Notes under the pieces: model-generated
The model's input: only the letters and a program-made list of their open reading frames with translations
What the model was told of the DNA's origin: nothing
The model's database searches: none
Program-made: the position numbers and the translations under genes
Part shown: piece by piece, positions 1 through 26,810 of the stretch
Layout of the letters: each line of letters starts with the position of its first letter
Numbering within the stretch: the stretch's first letter is position 1
NCBI RefSeq assembly: GCF_964204645.1
Contig: NC_134030.1
Coordinates: 22,980,210-23,044,209 of the forward strand
Direction of reading: 5' to 3'
Length of the DNA: 64,000 bases
Origin: Tubulanus polymorphus
Lineage: Eukaryota > Animalia > Nemertea

Positions 1-532
1 GTGCTCGAAATGATTGACAGTTGACTGATTGAATGAGTTAGTCTGTGATTGCACCGTTCACAAGCAGTGATTATAATTCATCGATGCATGAATTATGGAT
101 GGCGTAAACGTCATGAAACGTTTCCTAAACGATTTCCAGTCATTGTTTCCTGGCAGCAGTTCGACGCCGTGTACCCAGACACCTGGACGACATCGTCATT
201 CCTAGGCATAAGTTGCTTGTTAAACTTAATATTTTCACAAAATGGAGTCTTTTCTCCAGATTTAAATCGGGTGAAAGAGACTTTTTGGGCGCTTTTCAAA
301 ATCGATATCTCAGGCTGGTGCTGGGACCTGAATAGAATGTGTGTAGCCCAAAATTAATAAAAATATCTCAGAAATGGCTCAACAGGATCCGATAAAACGA
401 TGTTATTGTCAGTGTTTTGTATTGAGCACACAATAGCTAGATGTACACAAATAAACAAACGAACGGATCAACAGATACGATGGACGAATCCGTGAATACT
501 GGACAATAGTCTTTGTCTGAGGAGAGACGGAG

Positions 533-880
<348 letters not shown>

Positions 881-1108
881 GACCAGTGGCAGTTTAGAGA
901 TAACACAATCAGCAGAACAGACTGGAACAGTACACGTCATTGAGACAGGTAGCAGGAGATTTCAACAATATCAGAACTGACTACAAAAAAAGCGCTCAGT
1001 AAGAATGTGATCAGTGAGGGAAGGCTCTGCAGCGATAAGCCGCCATCATACGACGGATATACGATTTGCCCCGGATCAAAGCCGCGATCACACGGACACG
1101 ATTTGGCC

Positions 1109-1253
1109 CGGGCCAAATTGGCACGGATCAGGCTCGGGCCAAATTGGCACGGATCAGGCTCGGGCCAAATTGGCACGGATCAGGCTCGGGCCAAATTGGC
1201 ACGGATCAGGCTCGGGCCAAATTGGCACGGATCAGGCTCGGGCCAAATTTGGC
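1109..1253. repeat. 26-bp minisatellite (GGGCCAAATTGGCACGGATCAGGCTC), ~5.5 copies
   Basis: Direct tandem copies visible; related GGCCAAATTTGGCC motifs recur out to ~1463. Confidence 0.9.
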
Positions 1254-2572
1254 CGTGCCTAATTAGAGAGTGCGTTTACAACACGTAAACCGCTCACTCA
1301 ATATTAAACAAAGCGAAGTGATTCACTTCCGGAACAGCTACAAACGCAATCATTTGTCCTTTGTTAGAATTTGGCTCGGGCCTGATCTGACGTTTTTAGC
1401 CCGGGCCTTACGCGCCCAGCATTCGGCACCCGTATGAACAGTTAGAGCTGGCCAAATTTGGCCGAAGGTCTTCTAATGCACACTACAGTCAAACTCTTTA
1501 CATTACTGAAGTCATCTCTTTTTTTTAGTCTCAATTTGTATTTCTAATTCAATTTACGAAGTTTAAGTCATCATTTGGATGAGTCGCCAGTCTGCATGAC
1601 GTCTTAATACGCGATTCTAACCCCCCCCCACCCCCCCCCCCCACACACAGACAACCTCATCACACCTCTCAACAACACAGAAATAATAAATCTGCAGAAC
1701 GCTCTAAGAAACTATGTAAATAACAGATACGGCACCTCATTAATCTTCTGCAGCAGCGGCAGATATAGAAATATCAGTGGGTTTTATCAGAGCCCGGAAC
1801 CCGCCACGTCTGAACTGCACCAGCGACAGAAACAGAGACGTGACACTTTCTTCTTGATTAATTGATCAATCGGTTTAAAAACGATTTTTAAATCACTCGT
1901 TTTTATTCAAACGTCGGAAAAATGACAATTTTAATCGTTCGAAACGATAGCGAAACGTATCCGGGAAATAGGCCTCACCGAGTCCGTCCGTATACGGATT
2001 TTAGCGCAATTCGCTAACGGTCGAGATATTCAAATTTTGAATGGTAACCGCAGCGATCGTTCTCGTAGCAGCCGAGATTTGATGGAGATTTCCGATGGAA
2101 TTTGGCGAAAAACAAACCACAGCGCGGAGAGTGTCACACTTCCGGTTGACGTCATAGCTGTTGATGCTACGAGAAACAACACGAAAACAACACTTATAGT
2201 TTTTCCATATAAGGTTATAGGACTGTGAGGGAGAGGGGTCGAGGGGGTCGAGGGGGTCGAGGGGGTGAGTGGAGAGATCTACAGTGTTCCACAGTTGATT
2301 CGACTGTGGATACAGTTCCACAGTGGACTCATCATATCGCGGATTTGCTGGCGGGGTTTTAGAGACAATGAAGTAATTTTACGCGTTAAAGTTCCGGTCC
2401 CAGGGGTTCGTTCGCGTCGTTGACAACCAGGTGAACATGTGTCCCACTGGTGTGATTACGTTTATCAAGCCTGTCACAGAGTAATCCGAACTCAGAAAAA
2501 ATATTCTTCACCATCCGTCATTTATATCATCTGATTCTTCTTCATTGTCCACACCAACCCCAATCTAGTCGT

Positions 2573-2752
2573 ATCTTCGCTTGCCAGGGTTTGATTGCCT
2601 CCCGAAATTTCTCGGGTGGACAGGTTGCCGCTCACCGGCCACCTGTCTATATATCTAGCCAATCAGATGCGTTGTGCCGGTGAAAACCCTCGCTTGCCAG
2701 GGTTTGTGTTGGCGTGTCGGTGGGAGGCAATCAAACCCTGGCAAGCGAGGAT
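2573..2752. mobile_element. MITE with ~30-bp TIRs
   Basis: ATCTTCGCTTGCCAGGGTTTTGATTGCCTCCC at the left, GGGAGGCAATCAAACCCTGGCAAGCGAGGAT at the right, and an internal third copy of the motif near 2688. Confidence 0.7.
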
Positions 2753-4564
2753 CGCAGTCTACTGCAGCAGGAAAACTGATTCAAACATGAAATTAAAGAA
2801 TCGTTTCATCGCTTTTCAGTTGAAATAGAAATTTAAGACGCCATTTTGTGGTAGAATGTTCCTGTCACGTGGGCACGCGCGCGTACTAATCGATAATTCA
2901 TGGGTCGCCTCTAATTCCTGCTAATGGGTGTCTGAATAACGGAACGATATTCAACACCTGTCTCTACAGATTCTTCCTCGGAAAAATAACCTCACTTTTT
3001 AAACATTTACAACCATCATCTAACCCGTGCATGACGTCACGAGCCGCGTCTTAAAAAATTGGTGATTCCGAAAACCCATTAGAGCCGAGATGGGTGAGGT
3101 CTAGATGGCATTCTTCAAATACCTCTTCTACGTCTCGGCTGCGAAAGGTTTTTTTCATAAAAACTTAGATTGTAGTTTATTTACAATGACAAGTCACTGA
3201 TTCCTTGAATTCAGTTAAAATGCTTTGATAGTATTTGTGGCCCTTCTAGGCATTCAACAGTCTTCCAAATAGTTCAATATTTGCTATTTACTATAATTTG
3301 AATAAGTTAGTTATTAATTTATTTGACAGCCTACAAAAATCGCTGAGTTTTATCAAGTTTACAATCAATAAAGTTTTGACAGTGACGGCTCAGAGTTAGT
3401 GGTATGTTTTGAGTACGTTGACAAATATTGATAATTCAAACATTAATGAAACGTGTTCGCAAAAATTTCATTATGAAACGAATTTCTTGCGTCGAGTAAA
3501 AAATAAATTTACTGTCGATCGTTTTTAGTGATAAAATCCTAGACTTCACGGAACACGATAAGAATTAATTAATTCTTTCTCGATTAATCAAACAGCACTG
3601 GAGCCGCGCTGACAGACACAACAACATCTCTTCGAAACATCTCAAACCGAAAACGGGGCCGAATCAAAGACTAGAAAAAAACAAGTAACCAGATTTTTGG
3701 AGTTTTTCCTGAGTACGATATATATATGAATATTTGCGTGATGTTGCGTGGTCTCACGTGTGCGTGGTCTCGCATGTGCACGCGCGCACGGAGAGACCCC
3801 CGCACTCATATATCTGTATCTATCTCTTTCTTTCTCTTTCTTTGTGGACAAGAAGAAGATGAAAAAGACAAGAAAAATGATAAGCGCGCATTTTATTCCA
3901 GTCACATCTGAACTATCAGTATCAGAGTCTTATCAGCGGCTTATCAGTAAAATCACTGATAATTGATAAGCGCGAATTGAGACGTGTATCAGTGACAGTG
4001 CAGTCAAGAGACGAATGCGTTTGACATCTAGAAAACGGTCCGATAACCGGATAATCAGTCCGGTTTACCGTTACCGTCTAATAGTGAAAACCACCACCAC
4101 ACGACAATTAATGCAGTAGTCGGTTGCGGAATACAAAATACGTGCGCGACACTCATTATTCGATTATGTGGAGCCGGTTGTCTCCGATACGGCTTCGAAT
4201 GTCGTGGTGCAAGTTTCCTAAATCTAAGCGATGGAATTCAGCTCAAGTCTGACAATGATTACCTAAAATATCGATAACCTCTCGATACCTCCAGAACGGG
4301 CCTCAAACTCCAGCATGCTAGAGGCTGAGTGTTTGGAGTAAACAATCGGATGAATTAATTACGATTAGGTTTTAATAATCACTCTTCACCTGACAAACTG
4401 TCTTCCAACTTGTCAACAAAATGGTTCCTGCCTGAGTCGAGTTGTGATTCTGAGAAAAAAGTCGGCCCTCTATTTCATCCAAAATAATCTCAACCCTAGC
4501 TCGAACCTAACACGTGTTAGTCCTGACAGCTAACCCTAACCCTAGCTCGACTGAAAACCTAACC

Positions 4565-4632
4565 CTAGCAAGGCTCGAACCTGCGATCCCCAGCGTACAA
4601 GCCGAGCATGCTAACCACTAGACCATAGACCA
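4565..4632 (-). mobile_element. tRNA-derived SINE head / tRNA pseudogene
   Basis: Minus strand has A box TGGTCTAGTGG and B box GGTTCGAGCC at tRNA spacing, but no proper acceptor stem. It is followed by TTAGGG-like motifs. Confidence 0.55.
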
Positions 4633-4668
4633 GTAGTACCTGATAGAGTTGGTAAGTTTGTCTGGACA

Positions 4669-4830
4669 GTGTGGTGACCGGTGACCAGTCAGGTGTGGTG
4701 ACTGGTGACCAGTCAGGTGTGGTGACCGGTGACCAGTCAGGGGTGGTGACTGGTGACCAGTCAGGTGTGGTGACTAGTGACCAGTCAGGTGTGGTGACCG
4801 GTGACCAGTCAGGTGTGGTGACTGATGACC
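4669..4830. repeat. 24-bp minisatellite (GGTGTGGTGACCGGTGACCAGTCA), ~6.5 copies
   Basis: Direct tandem copies. Confidence 0.92.
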
Positions 4831-5021
4831 ACAGTGATGACGAGAGGGCACGTGTCCTCGGGATATGTCTAAACATTGTAATCTACAGTGCGAACTCTCT
4901 ATTAAAACTTATTCTACCTCAGACCGAAAACTGTGGATCCGACGACGATTGCCTTTAACACCAAATTCGATCAGTTTTCAGGAGAAATCGGATTTGAAAA
5001 CATCTTTCGTTCAAATCCTTA

Positions 5022-5172
5022 ACAGCTGCAGCAACAGCAACAACAGCAGCGGCAGCAACAGCAGCGGCAGTAACAGCAGCGGCAGTAACAGCAGCGGCAG
5101 TAACAGCAGCGGCAGTAACAGCAGCGGCAGTAACAGCAGCGGCAGTAACAGCAGCGGCAGTAACAGCAGCGG
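5022..5172. repeat. 15-bp repeat (AACAGCAGCGGCAGT)n
   Basis: Direct tandem copies; the SNSSG/VTAAA ORFs are artefacts. Confidence 0.92.
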
Positions 5173-5379
5173 AAGCCTCTGCTATAGTTACAATGAATTC
5201 AGCGGTAAACGAGAGCTGCGCCTTAGGTCTCAATCTCCAGTTTGTCACAATGATGAACAGAGTTGTTGTACCATGTTTTAAATATCTATAGTTCCCTGAT
5301 CGTTTCCTACTGTTTATCATTAACCTATTGTTTGTATTATAGAGGTTTCTTACATATAATTCTCATTATCCTGTTACAA

Positions 5380-6733
5380 TTAGGATAAAGTCGAAACGTT
5401 GAATAAACTACACTAGCTCAAGGAATACAGTATTCCTGAAGATGACTATTAGGATATAGTCGAAACGTTGAATAAACTACACTAGCTTAAGGAATACAGT
5501 ATTCCTGATGATGACTATTAGGATATAGTCGAAACGTTGAATAAACTACACTAGCTCAAGGAATACAGTATTCCTGAAGATGTCTTTAAGGATAAAGTCG
5601 AAACGTTGAATAAACTACACTAGCTCGAGGAATACAGTATTCCTGAAGATGACTATTAGGATATAGTCGAAACGTTGAATAAACTACACTAGCTTAAGGA
5701 ATACAGTATTCCTGATGATGACTATTAGGATATAGTCGAAACGTTGAATAAACTACACTAGCTCAAGGAATACAGTATTCCTGATGATGACTATTAGGAT
5801 ATAGTCGAAACGTTGAATAAACTACACTAGCTCAAGGAATACAGTATTCCTGAAGATGACTATTAGGATATAGTGGAAACGTTGAATAAACTACACTAGC
5901 TTAAGGAATACAGTATTCCTGATGATGACTATTAGGATATAGTCGAAACGTTGAATAAACTACACTAGCTCAAGGAATACAGTATTCCTGAAGATGACTA
6001 TTAGGATATAGTCGAAACGTTGAATAAACTACACTAGCTTAAGGAATACAGTATTCCTGATGATGACTATTAGGATATAGTGGAAACGTTGAATAAACTA
6101 CACTAGCTTAAGGAATACAGTATTCCTGATGATGACTATTAGGATATAGTCGAAACGTTGAATAAACTACACTAGCTCAAGGAATACAGTATTCCTGAAG
6201 ATGACTATTAGGATATAGTCGAAACGTTGAATAAACTACACTAGCTCAAGGAATACAGTATTCCTGAAGATGACTATTAGGATAAAGTCGAAACGTTGAA
6301 TAAACTACACTAGCTCAAGGAATACAGTATTCCTGAAGATGACTATTAGGATAAAGTCGAAACGTTGAATAAACTACACTAGCTCAAGGAATACAGTATT
6401 CCTGAAGATGACTATTAGGATAAAGTCGAAACGTTGAATAAACTACACTAGCTCAAGGAATACAGTATTCCTGAAGATGACTATTAGGATATAGTCGAAA
6501 CGTTGAATAAACTACACTAGCTCAAGGAATACAGTATTCCTGAAGGTGACTATTAGGATAAAGTCGAAACGTTGAATAAACTACACTAGCTCAAGGAATA
6601 CAGTATTCCTGAAGATGACTATTAGGATAAAGTCGAAACGTTGAATAAACTACACTAGCTCAAGGAATACAGTATTCCTGAAGATGACTATTAGGATATA
6701 GTCGAAACGTTGAATAAACTACAATAGCTCAAG
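5380..6733 (+). ncRNA. Tandem array of 69-bp units, each a minimal type I hammerhead ribozyme motif (19 complete motifs)
   Basis: First unit: stem I UAUUC (5431-35), core CUGA(A/U)GA (5436-42), extra U, stem II GACUAU/AUAGUC with 6-nt loop, GAAAC, GUU, predicted cleavage at 5469/5470, then GAAUA completing stem I. Period 69 to the last site at 6711. Confidence 0.82.
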
Positions 6734-7446
6734 GCAACATTCCAGACTCTTTTTATTCTTAGTATCAAAGGGTTTCATATTTCGTCAGTAAGATCCCAGC
6801 TCATTAGATCTCATTTTTTGTATTGAATTCGAGTTGAAATCGATGAATGCAATGTCGGGTTACGAGAGTCCATTCGATCTGAATTTATTAATAAATTCAC
6901 ACCGCGTAGAAATCGACTTTAAATTTTAATTTCAAAATATCGATCGGTACTTCAAGCTACGCGGCGGCGAAAACAAAATCGTTATTCTACACGTCAAAAA
7001 ATCGATATCAGAATTTGTCTCGTGTCACGTGATAGCTGATGCTGAGCTATGTATAGCAACGATATGAAACTAATATAGTTTCATATTCAAATTTAGGAAT
7101 TACTCGTTTTAAGCCGAAAATGCGAATTGACAAGAGCCGTGCGCCATTCCAGAAACTGATTGAAGCTTAGCTCTTTGACGGACAGGAAATATAACCGGTA
7201 AAAATCAATGGCACTCGTAGCGCCGATAGTATCTGTATATCTGCTGCTGCTCGCATTGAAAGCTTATTTTTCAATCATACGGTTCAATAGAACCATAGAA
7301 CAATCGACGATCGAGTAACGTCTGGATATTAGAGCACAAATATGAGCGCTGAGTTTTTTACGTTTATGTTATAGTCGTAGAATAGCTGAAGATCAACAAG
7401 TCTGAATTATTAGCATCAACCTAGCATAGAGATAATCCCACAAAAT

Positions 7447-7770
7447 TGTGGAACTGGGTTCAATTAAACCCACACAACTGTGGAACTGGGTTCAATTAAA
7501 CCCACACAACTGTGGAACTGTGTTCAATTAAACCCACACAACTGTGGAACTGTGTTCTATCAAACCCGCACAACTGTGGAACTGGGTTCTAGCAAACCCA
7601 CACAATTGTGGAACTGGGTTCAATTAAACCCGCATAACTGTGGAACTGGGTTCAATCAAACCCACACAACTGTGGAACTGTGTTCTATCAAACCCGCACA
7701 ACTGTGGAACTGGGTTCTATCAAACCCACACAACTGTGGAACTGGGTTCAATTAAACCCACACAACTGTG
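7447..7770. repeat. 32-bp minisatellite with TGTGGAACTG core, ~10 copies
   Basis: TGTGGAACTGGGTTCAATTAAACCCACACAAC in tandem. Confidence 0.92.
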
Positions 7771-9444
7771 GCTCACTGTTTCAGTATCTGTACGCTTAGA
7801 AATCACGTTTTTTTCACTAATCATTAGTGACATTTTTTTGCTTTGTTTCAAGCTTGAAAAGACCGGTCTCCGCATATCGGCGGCCTCCTAACTAGTCTCT
7901 TTTCAAATAGCTGCATTTTATGATGATATGTCTATTTATTCTTCCCTTAAAGAAAACGTCAAACAAAAACTGCGTCGTGATTAAGTCATTCACCGCGCAC
8001 CGGCTCATACCGGTATAAATAAGACTGTTTTGTTCCCCGTCTCCAATCGGCGGAAAAAAGGAAAAAATTGATTAACGACATCGAACAAATGAAATATTTC
8101 TCAAAGAGATTCCGGATCCTCATTAATTAGAAAAACTACAAAACCCCCGAGCCTGTTTTATAATTTACAAGACCATCTTCGCACTAATTCTAGGACTGTA
8201 TAAGTGAGTCCGGACTATAATGTAAGTTGGTCCGGGACGTTGATTCAAAGCGAAATCCTTGAACGATTTGAAAAAAAAACAGTTTTTAAAAACAGATTCT
8301 AACAATTAGAATTGTTTCTATTTCGCCGTGATGATTTGGATTCGGTTTCGCGAGGAGCTTAAACTTTAAATCGATTATATTTAAATCGTTTGATTGTTTC
8401 TAACAAAAACATGATGGAACATTGTCTAAAATCTGATCAGTTATTGAGTGAGCCCAGTCTTTAAATATTTCGTGGATCATATTTTTCCTGTTCAAACTGT
8501 GTGGATTAAAACGGTTTCCTACCAGTAACAAATTATTTATCTCTCGGAATTCTCATCTTAGAACGAAGGGTTCATAGGAACCTTTAGGGGTTCTTGGGCT
8601 TGCCTCCCAGGCAAAAACCCTTACAGTTTTTGGTACTCCTTTGACTCCTTATAGAATTTTACTACTCTCTTTATTTTTCGTCAAAATTGTGGTTTCTTTC
8701 TTTAATTCACTTCTAGACAGTGTTTAACTATAAAAAGTGTCTCAGACTCCCTCAGTTCAATAATCAGCGACCGAATAATCGAATATTTGGACAATATCAA
8801 ATATTGCATCATAAATATAAATATATTACAAACATATAAAAGTTTAAATTCGCACCTACCTGTATCTGTTTTGATTTGAATATCCTTAAATGAATATAGC
8901 GAACTTCGTCGGTTCCAAAACTAATTATATTTCCAACCAGTAGTGTTCGTTTAAGTCACTAGGTGTCACTGTTCAATGTTTGTTACGAGGTTGTGCTGAA
9001 AAATGTCAAAGAAATATTTCTTCAGTTTATATAAAATATTTCAATCAAAATCGTCTATAAAACTTTCCGATTTTCAAGCGCGAATTCACTCAAAAAACGT
9101 GTTTGTTTCCTTTCTTTCTAATCAAGTCCTCTCGCTTCCCTTGGCTCTCCGCGATTTCGACCGTTATTAAACCGTTTAATTCGAATTCGAAATTGAAGTA
9201 GAAATGAAGAGAGACAGTTTGTTTTTCCAGCTCGACTCGTGCTACGTGTAAATGCGATGTGAGAAGTTGATATTGGCGCGTGCTGCATGAATCTGTCTCC
9301 CTCCCTCCCTCCCTCGCGACACTCTGCATCTCGCACCAGAGACATCTACCGGCTGATAGCTGCACCTCGCGTGGCACGACTGCAGGACACACACTCGTGT
9401 CACAGATTTAAGACCAGTATATATGTAAGTCGCTTCTAGGAGTC

Positions 9445-9708
9445 CAGTTGTGGATCTGAGTCCAGAACTGTGGAACTGGATATAGAACTGTGGAACTGGG
9501 TTCAAAACTGTGGAACTGGCGGATCCGTGGAACTGAGTCCAGTACTGTGGATATACAGCGTGGAACTGGGTTCAGAATTGTTGAACTGGGTTCAGAACTG
9601 TGGAACTAGATATAGAACTGTGGAACTGGATCCAGAAGTGTGGAACTGGATACAAACTTAATGGGTACAGAACTGTGGAACTGGGTTCAGAACTCTGTGG
9701 AACTGTGA
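9445..9708. repeat. Degenerate ~19-20-bp AGAACTGTGGAACTGG minisatellite
   Basis: Same core as the arrays at 7447, 29720 (reverse) and 49510. Confidence 0.85.
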
Positions 9709-12700
9709 AAACGATAACTCAGAGAGTAGCCCGTATGGAGATACAGCCATCAGAGTGAAAATCGTAAAATCCATATCTAAAAAATTCATTTATCAGAAAA
9801 ATATCAAATTATTCACTACTGAATTCTGAATAGAGCATACTACAAATAATCACAGCTTCCGGTGAACATAACTTCCGCCGAGAGAAGGAGGGAGTTTGTT
9901 CGTTTGATCTCACACACTGAATGAACTGTTTCAACAGAACCAGATGAACATCCGCCATCTTACGAGGAAGCGATGAGTTAAAGTGACGTAAACTCTTCAC
10001 TGACACTAAGAAACCTTTAGAAGTATTCAGGCTTCATTCAGCTGATTAATTCAAGTCTAACTCACTGAAGACTATTATTTTGAAACTCAATTTGTTTTTC
10101 TAATTCAATTTACAACTAACGTGTTAAATCAAACCTCTCCTTCGAATCGTAAACAGATAACCTCAGAACCTGATGCGGGATGACGAGTTGTCGCCGCATT
10201 CTGAGAGGAAATATCTACGATAAAAGTTTTAACACACGGCTGGAAAATTGTAAGAAGATGTATTAATAAACACTATTCTCGTCACTTTATTAAATCTCAG
10301 TAGGCCTACACGCCCATACGGTTCCAACTGATCGATTGCCCCCCTCCAAGGGTTCTTTATTTCTATTAAAAATAATCTTTAACCAGTTACATCTTAAACG
10401 AGTTCAATTTAAATGTGAATATCATCTGCACATTTTCACAAGAAGTCTGATGTCTGTAGACAGAAAAACGCCACGTATGACGGGTCTAATAATGCGTCAC
10501 ATTTTACATTATCTAACTATTGGGGTCAGTAAACTTACACATGTCCAACTGTTATAATCCATCTTCGCTCTATAAACTGCGGGTCTTGATTAACATCAAT
10601 CAATTCTACACTGAACACCGGGTTCTGAATGGTCTAAACACGATGAAGCTTCATATTTTATATCATCTAACTATTGGGGTCAGCGAACTCACATGTCCGA
10701 ATAATCCATTTACGCTCGAGTATAAAGTTACTCGAGTATAAAGTTAATACTCGAGTAGAGTATGTCTCTCTCACAATCTGTTCTCCATAGCTTATCAGAG
10801 ATTAATAGTACTAGTGACTGATCTTATTTCAGTGATTCATGTATCAATATCTTATGACGCGACACCGGCCGGGAACACCGGGTCCGGCTTCCAAAACATC
10901 CTCATCAATGATTCGACGCATAATTAGTCATACTCGTCAGTGATTGGATACAAAGTTAGTCATACTCGTCGGTGTTTGGCTAACTGGTACAAAATATGAA
11001 TATCTAAACTGGATGAAACCGTTTGAACGCGCGTCACGTAGGCATTTGTATCGTATTGTCCGAGAACAATAAACAATGACATTTGACACATTTCACAAGA
11101 CGATAAATCATCTTCTTTACATCGTAAACTCAATGCAGGTCACTATACGCTAATCATTAACAATACAATATCAATATCATCTCAAACTGGACTAATATTA
11201 ATATTAATATCAATATCATCAGTTACTGATTAGATACTGAATGTACCTGTTTGTAACGCGCTGTTACAGGCATCTGTGTGAACTGGTGCAAACACGCGGC
11301 CACTGTAGTTATAGCATCCGTTGAAAATCAATTTCACACATTCCAAAAATCATTCACCTTTCATTTAACTTTAGATTTGGGATAAAATTATTCCTGCTAC
11401 CGAAATCTTACAACATAACCCTAGTATATATCACTGGTAATGCAGGACCAGGGAGGCGAGAGTTCCCCAGTGCATAGACTTAGGGAGGTCCTTTTCTCCG
11501 GCTGCCCCTAAAATTTAGACTGCGTTTTCGGTCCTGTGAGATCTGAAGCAGGCCTACGTAGACTATTAACTACTTTAGATAATGGTTGAAAATCTTTTAA
11601 GAATTATAGGATCTAATTCGTCAAAAAGTCTTCCTATGGCACGTGAGTCTGTTGCTAGTACGGCATTCGCTGAGCAAAAAAGTGGCTTGGAAATCAGTGT
11701 TAAAAAGCAGCTCCACCCAGAATAAATGCTATTGCGTTGATTAGAATTATTTATAATAATCTAATGTTGAATGCGTTGTGAAATTTGAATGAAAAATTTC
11801 TGTATACCTCGCATGCCACAGTAGAATAGCGAGGCCGTGTTAAAATCTCGACCGTTCAGTGCTGCCGCTATGAATAACAATAGCGGAATTTCTGTGAACT
11901 ATATACCAGCGACCGGGGATTATCAATGCTTTTATTCAGGGGCCACTGTGGCGCCTAATTCTGTTAGACTATGATATTTTTGAATCCATCTCAAATTCTG
12001 AAAAGCTGTAAAAATGATTTTGCTCCAAGCAAAAACTCTTTCTCTCTCTTTAGGCACTGGTCCTAATCGGCCATGTAGCAACGCTGAATAACATGCACTC
12101 ATCGCCGTCAGTTCCCCCTCCCCCGAGAAAAACAAATGTTTCAATCTTTAAAACTAATTTTGGATACAGGAAGATTATTTTCTATGAATTTTTCAGTGAT
12201 CTTTTAAAGATTTCGCAATAATTTACCAGTCCGGCCCGCAAATCGGTAATTAGCTTGTCCGCTACGCCCGTTAGAAGTGTCTGGCAAGCGAGTCATATGT
12301 TAGTTCACGTTTTCCCCGCTATCGTTGTATATAGGGGCAGCACTAGACGGTCGAGATCTGAAACCCGCGATTTTTGATTGATGTGGCGGTGAATTGTTTC
12401 AGGCATTCGCTAAACGCTTAATATCTTAATGAAATTTCTCTGAAATGAGAAATAATTGAAATCAGAATTGCCTGAGTTTCCATGCAGTGGAAATACATCT
12501 ATAATTCCTTGAACCCGAATTTCTGCAATGACAGGCAGCAAGCACCTCATAGGTTCGAATCCCACAATTATGTAAATAATCTTCGTAATCAAAATAAACT
12601 TTTCCTTTAAAACTTCAGTCTTCTTGACGCTTGTTTTGTGATCCTCGGTCAGTGAACTAAAACAATTCAATCACCAACAACTAATTTATTATAATATATA

Positions 12701-13145
12701 TTTTATTCACTTAAATAACACAATAAAGGCAAAAATACCGCAAGTTTTAAATTAAAAGCATTGTCTAAAATGATTGCAGTTTTAGTTAAGAGATCTATAT
12801 TCTTACAGTACAAAATAAAAGCCACGAGTTTAAGACGACTGGCGTCTGATTGGTACAGATCTGATACAGTCAACCATAACCCCAGTGTACCGGTATATAA
12901 GTACTGATTATGATTGTGGCAGTGATAATAGTTCACAAGCCTAGCACTTTAAACTTTATGAAGTAAAAGAGGTATTTTTCCAGGGCTTGTTGTTGTTAGT
13001 GGCAAACATGAAATCATGTCTAGAATTGGCAGTGATAGTTGTTCATACCCTGTGAGACCCGAGATCGAAATAGTAACCGGCAAGGGCTGAAACATGTCTA
13101 CAAAATCATTCTCTTATACTAAACTATCTACCCCCTCTGACCCTT

Positions 13146-13391
13146 CAGAGTCCGATCTGAGCGCTCGTCCGATTGCCCGGGACAAGTATATTCTCATCAG
13201 GGCGAGTAGGTTATCATTATCACTTGTCCCCCGGGCTAGTGCAATTTAATGTCTCAAAGCTTTTTTCCCAATCGATACAACAGTTGGAGTGCTTGTGTAG
13301 GACAAGCAGATTTTGGAGGGGGGCAAGTAAAATTTCAGATATACTTGCCCCCCCGCGGGCAAGTGGTTATTATTCCTTAGATCGGACCCTG
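13146..13391 (+). mobile_element. hAT-like MITE family A, copy 1
   Basis: CAG..TCCGATCT / AGATCGGACCCTG termini; the internal GTCCGATTGCCCGGGACAAGTATATTCTCATCAGGG is shared with copies at 21153, 32083 and 35408. Confidence 0.8.
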
Positions 13392-13427
13392 ATAAATAAA
13401 TAAATACCTAGTAAACTATAAATACAT

Positions 13428-26810
<13,383 letters not shown>

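Noticed and set aside
5380-6733. CRISPR array interpretation of the regular 69-bp repeat
   Set aside because: There are no unique spacers (whole units are near-identical), no cas genes, and the context is eukaryotic.
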